From Amoebophrya sp. A120 (lineage: Eukaryota > Protista > Dinoflagellata): DNA of 64,000 nt. The stretch's first letter is position 1. Every line of letters starts with the position of its first letter. The notes beneath the pieces are model-generated. The model did not search any database and was not told where the DNA came from. It worked only from the letters and a program-made list of their open reading frames with translations. The position numbers and the translations under genes are program-made. Below are positions 60,435 to 64,000 of the stretch, one piece after another. The DNA lies in assembly GCA_905178155.1 (NCBI GenBank), contig CAJINV010000024.1, positions 1 to 64,000 of the forward strand, written 5' to 3'.

Positions 60435-61452
60435 AGATTCTAGTACGAACGTTGTCGGTGGCGGAGAATGTTGCTACATTGATTGTAACAAGGAAAGGTG
60501 CGGAGCACAATTTTTGGTTCTTGTAAAGTGCGCCACGAAACCAGTATCTATCAGAACTTGCTCCAAAGAAACAAAAGCCAGTGAACTTCTATGAGACCCC
60601 GTTCTAAATTGCACCCAGGCCACAATTATCAACTGCAAAAATGTCTGGGTCTGGAAGAATTCATGTTTGTCATGCTTGTCTGGCATGGCTCTTTAAATCT
60701 GTCATGCACGTTACCCAAGAGCTCCGTTTTTCTGTAATGCAGAAGCGCAGTTTGTCATGCAGAATAGGCAACACCTAGGAGCTCAGAAACTTGTCATGCT
60801 GAGCCAGCATTTGTAGCCTCATCATGAGAGGCCACCCAGCATCACAAGTTTCCAGACCCAGACATTTTTACTTTTGATAGCAATCAGTTCTAGTCGAAGA
60901 AGACCACGATATGGAAAATATGCAAAGACGACCCTGGATCAATTGCAAACATGTCTGGGTCTGAAAACTTTGATGCTGAATTGCGGATGATTGAAGCCCG
61001 TGCCCTGTGAGCCAGGCGTGCCAAGTTTTCGAGACGCCCTCTTATGCCTAGCACGCACTACAAATTGTGTTTTTGCATGACAAAGGAATTTCGGAATTTC
61101 TGCTTTGCTGGACATTTCGGTTCCAGGAATACAACAAACGCATTTGCAAATTCCATTCTTCCACCAGACCCAGACATGTGTGCAACGCATACCGTGGATC
61201 ATCTATCAGGCTGCATCACAGAATGGCATCAGCCACAAGCGAAACTGTGAACTCCTTCGTGCACCCGTTGATACACATGGCACCGGCTCCTACGATGAAA
61301 ACCGCGATGGCAGCGATTGCGAGGTGGTACGCACTGCACGTGATGTTGGTGTCAGCACCTTTGTTGTAATTTATGTAATTTATTCGTTTTTGCCGAGTTC
61401 GCATAAGCACAACGCCTCACGACTTGGCGCCGTAGCCTTGATACCATGTTGA
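60435..61452 (+). CDS. 3' exons of a + strand hypothetical gene (upstream exons unresolved)
   Basis: Putative GT-AG intron ending TTGCACCCAG at ~60618. Removing elements 60627 and 60937 gives PQSVLVEEDHDMENMQRRPWIIYQAASQNGISHKRNCELL... Confidence 0.45.
60627..60879. mobile_element. Introner family A
   Basis: DR ACAAT/GCAAT; close copy of 36031-36282. Confidence 0.92.
60937..61191. mobile_element. Introner family A
   Basis: Ends GATCAATTGCAAACATGTCTGGGTCTG and CAGACCCAGACATGTGTGCAACGCATA; DR CCCTG/CCGTG. Confidence 0.88.
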
Positions 61453-61467
61453 AGACACTACATGTTG

Positions 61468-62400
61468 TTAGTTTAGAACAGAAGAGGAAAACAGTGATGC
61501 GTATTTTTGGTTTTGATTCTGACCTGTTTGTGCTTCCAGGTCGTCGTCCCCGAGTTCCTTGGCCTCGATGCCATGGTTGTCGTTGCTACCCGTGGCGGAC
61601 TGGTTGCGCTTTTTTGAGATAGCCTTGTCGGTACTACCCTTTGATGTGGATGTCGATTTCTTCATGGAAGTACTCTTCGCACCCCCTGACTGCTCTGAAA
61701 CCGCTACTATACCGTTCTGGATTTTCGCCGCTGTCGTGGGAGCAGTTACTTGCCTCGCGGCTGCTTTCATCGCAGTTGTGACTTTCGTAGCCGTGTTCTT
61801 TATTGCTGCTATTGCCGGGGCAGATATTTTTGTACCGGCTGTTTTCATCGCGGCCGTGACCTTCGTGGCCGTCTTCTTCATAGTTTCTTTTGCGGGGGCA
61901 GTTACTTGTTTCGCAGCCTTCTTCACCTCATCCGCCCCGCGTTTGATTGCTTTTGCGAGGGTCTCCTTCGCTGTAGCTGCTTTGACGCCCGGCGACATTT
62001 TCATCACGACGGCTTTCATCATTTCTATCCAATGGAAAAATGAAAATCTTGCGGCAAGTGAAAACAAGCATGTCCACATAAAACCCGAAGCAGGCGAATC
62101 ATGGGTCGGCTGCAGTGTAGTTGGGTGACTAAGCATGCGTATTGGCTAACACGACGTTCGCGAAACAAGTCGGTTTGGTATATCTTTAAGACACGGCAAA
62201 CAGAGTTTTTTTCATTGGATAACTTTCTTCATGGCTGTTGTAGCTTGTGCTCCTTTTACTTTCATCGGCGTTTTTTTTCCGGCATCGGAGGTTGCGCTGC
62301 GGTCTTTCTTCGCGGCACGACGTTCTCTGTCTCGCTTCTGTTCTGCCGTTGGGCGACCTTTGCTTCGCGGCCGACCGGGACCTTTACCGGACCGCGCCAT
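61468..62400 (-). CDS. Lys/Ala/Thr-rich basic protein (~245 aa) with an AT-hook-like N-terminus
   Basis: MARSGKGPGRPRSKGRP...TTAMKKVMKAVVMKMSP after removing 62026-62221 +5 nt; internal repeats of the KTATKVTAAMKTA type. Confidence 0.7.
62026..62221. mobile_element. Introner (family J, possibly related to D)
   Basis: TIR TATCCAATG(G/A)AAAA; DR ATTTC/ACTTT (3/5); removal joins two ORFs in frame. Confidence 0.8.
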
Positions 62401-63208
62401 CTTGATCAATGCTACTGTCGGATATGGAGGCTCAGCTCACTATATTAGAACTACTGTGGGCTTGCGTGCGTCCTCTAGTAGAGGTTTAGGTTCTGCTTTT
62501 GCACACATGCTCACACACTACTTTTTGTTTCCACTCTCCAAGCAAGTAAGCTTCATCCCTCCCGTTTACAATTTCGTTTGCGCTGACAGACTCTCTCATG
62601 CTGCCACATCATCTCTACTAGAAGCGCTGCCAAAGCAAAACGAAAGCCCTGGAGGCCTCACAAAAGAGTCGCACTTCAGGAGAAAATCGGCTTCTTCATC
62701 CTCGGGGACCGCAGGAAGGCGCACGAACAACATTGAACCATCGTTCCTCTTCGAACAGGGGTGCTTCGCACGAGAGATGCGCGTTCGCGAGCCCAGGCAG
62801 AAAGTCGCAGTTGCTTTTTCTTTTTGTCAGAAGTTTTAGCAAATTTTACCGTTGAATACAGTCAAAGTTCGTTTCAGAAAATCCAAATTTGTAGTAACAC
62901 CCATCACTCGGTATCTTTGTCAACGGTATTGCGGAGTTTGTTAAGCGACTACGCTGGTTGAGTCGTGGCATTTTTATTTTTTTCCCCGAGATTTAAAAGT
63001 GAACCTGAACGCCTAAGCAGAAAACATTACAAATAAAATTACACCTAATCATACAATAAGGTCGTAAAGCTACTTCGGGTTTGATCCAGAGGCAGACCTC
63101 CTCCGACAAGGACTCGATACTTATTGATTGAGATGAAGTTTAGGTTTGTTTCCCGTGACAGTTTCACCACACACTGCCGCGACCGTGTTGAGAAGTACTG
63201 CTTCACCA

Positions 63209-64000
63209 CTACGCCTCGCCTCCCGGCGAGCTCGATCCTTGCAGACCCGCTGTGCTTTTCGGCGGCGTTCGATGTTCGGACTCTTCGGACGTAGAAACCT
63301 CCTCGACGCGGGGGGCGGAGAACTCATTTTCGATCGCTGCTACCAGCGCCAGCTTGCCGACGTCGTCGCCGGCTAGTCCCCGTGCCAAAGCGTACATCTG
63401 CTTTTTTAATTCCTGCATGGCGAGGCGCTGCATATTCACGGGCGGCTTTTTCGACGATGTTTTTCTCTTGCGCTTGCTCGGCGTGACGCTAGGGTTGTCC
63501 TCACGCTGGGCAGTAGTATTGGCAGCGGGGCGGGTTTTAGCTGCGTGGTCAGTGGTGTTGCCGTGCTGCAGTGGGCTTGCAGTCGTGTTCCCTCCGCCCA
63601 AGCTTGTGTTCACTCCAGTGGCCCAATTTTCACAGCGGCTTCGGCTGGGCGCGTCGCAGGCGGCGAACCCGTACTGGGATCCGGGGACGCCGAAATCGCA
63701 CACCGTCCCTGCTGCGAACTTGATTGCCAGGCCGTACAGCAGGGTCGATAGGACAACACCGAGCAAGCCTCCGCAGAGGACGAGACAACAGTCTTTTCCG
63801 TTCCATCCTGTTCGCCCGACCGTTCTCCGGCAGGGAACTTCATCTAGGGAAGCGGGAGTAGTTCTCGTTGCGCTGCGCAGCTCGTACTTGTTGTCGTCGC
63901 GTGGTGGTTTCGCTGCGATCGCAGTTGTTTTTGAGTTGCTCGGCTTCGTCGTCGCGGCCTCGATCCATTCTCCCGCTTCCTTCTCCGTGCCGCCAGATGC
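63209..64000 (-). CDS. 3' part of a hypothetical membrane protein (5' end beyond window)
   Basis: Frame open from 64000 to 63209; hydrophobic segment CCLVLCGGLLGVVLSTLLYGLAI. Confidence 0.55.
   Translation of the reverse strand, partial: ASGGTEKEAGEWIEAATTKPSNSKTTAIAAKPPRDDNKYELRSATRTTPASLDEVPCRRTVGRTGWNGKDCCLVLCGGLLGVVLSTLLYGLAIKFAAGTVCDFGVPGSQYGFAACDAPSRSRCENWATGVNTSLGGGNTTASPLQHGNTTDHAAKTRPAANTTAQREDNPSVTPSKRKRKTSSKKPPVNMQRLAMQELKKQMYALARGLAGDDVGKLALVAAIENEFSAPRVEEVSTSEESEHRTPPKSTAGLQGSSSPGGEA

Noticed and set aside
1-64000. tRNA, rRNA, prokaryotic operons, promoters or terminators
   Set aside because: None recognised; the SL sequence and intron structure indicate a dinoflagellate nuclear genome.

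Overview
Eukaryotic genomic DNA, almost certainly from a dinoflagellate. A 21-nt exact match to the dinoflagellate spliced leader (DinoSL) lies at 50419-50439 (- strand), and the intron landscape matches the invasive intronic elements reported for the parasite Amoebophrya. I delimited 40 short elements (39 complete) from about 10 sequence families. They have terminal inverted repeats (TIRs) with TAT...ATA ends and usually a 5-bp flanking direct repeat (DR), and they interrupt coding sequence. Removing each element plus 5 nt rebuilds genes that the ORF track misses: a >=750-aa protein with a Med31/SOH1 domain, an Mps1/TTK-like kinase with a transmembrane segment and novel C-terminal repeat domains, an ankyrin-repeat protein with 15 such introns, a protein starting with a HicA-like domain, and a Lys/Ala-rich basic protein. 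Two of these introns carry large cargo. The one at 2087-12200 holds a ~9.9-kb Helitron-like insert with a 132-bp hairpin satellite, itself interrupted by a TIR element. The one at 48060-50524 holds a 2.2-kb spliced-leader-headed retro-insertion with a 15-bp target-site duplication (TSD). All calls come from manual reading and translation; no database search was run.
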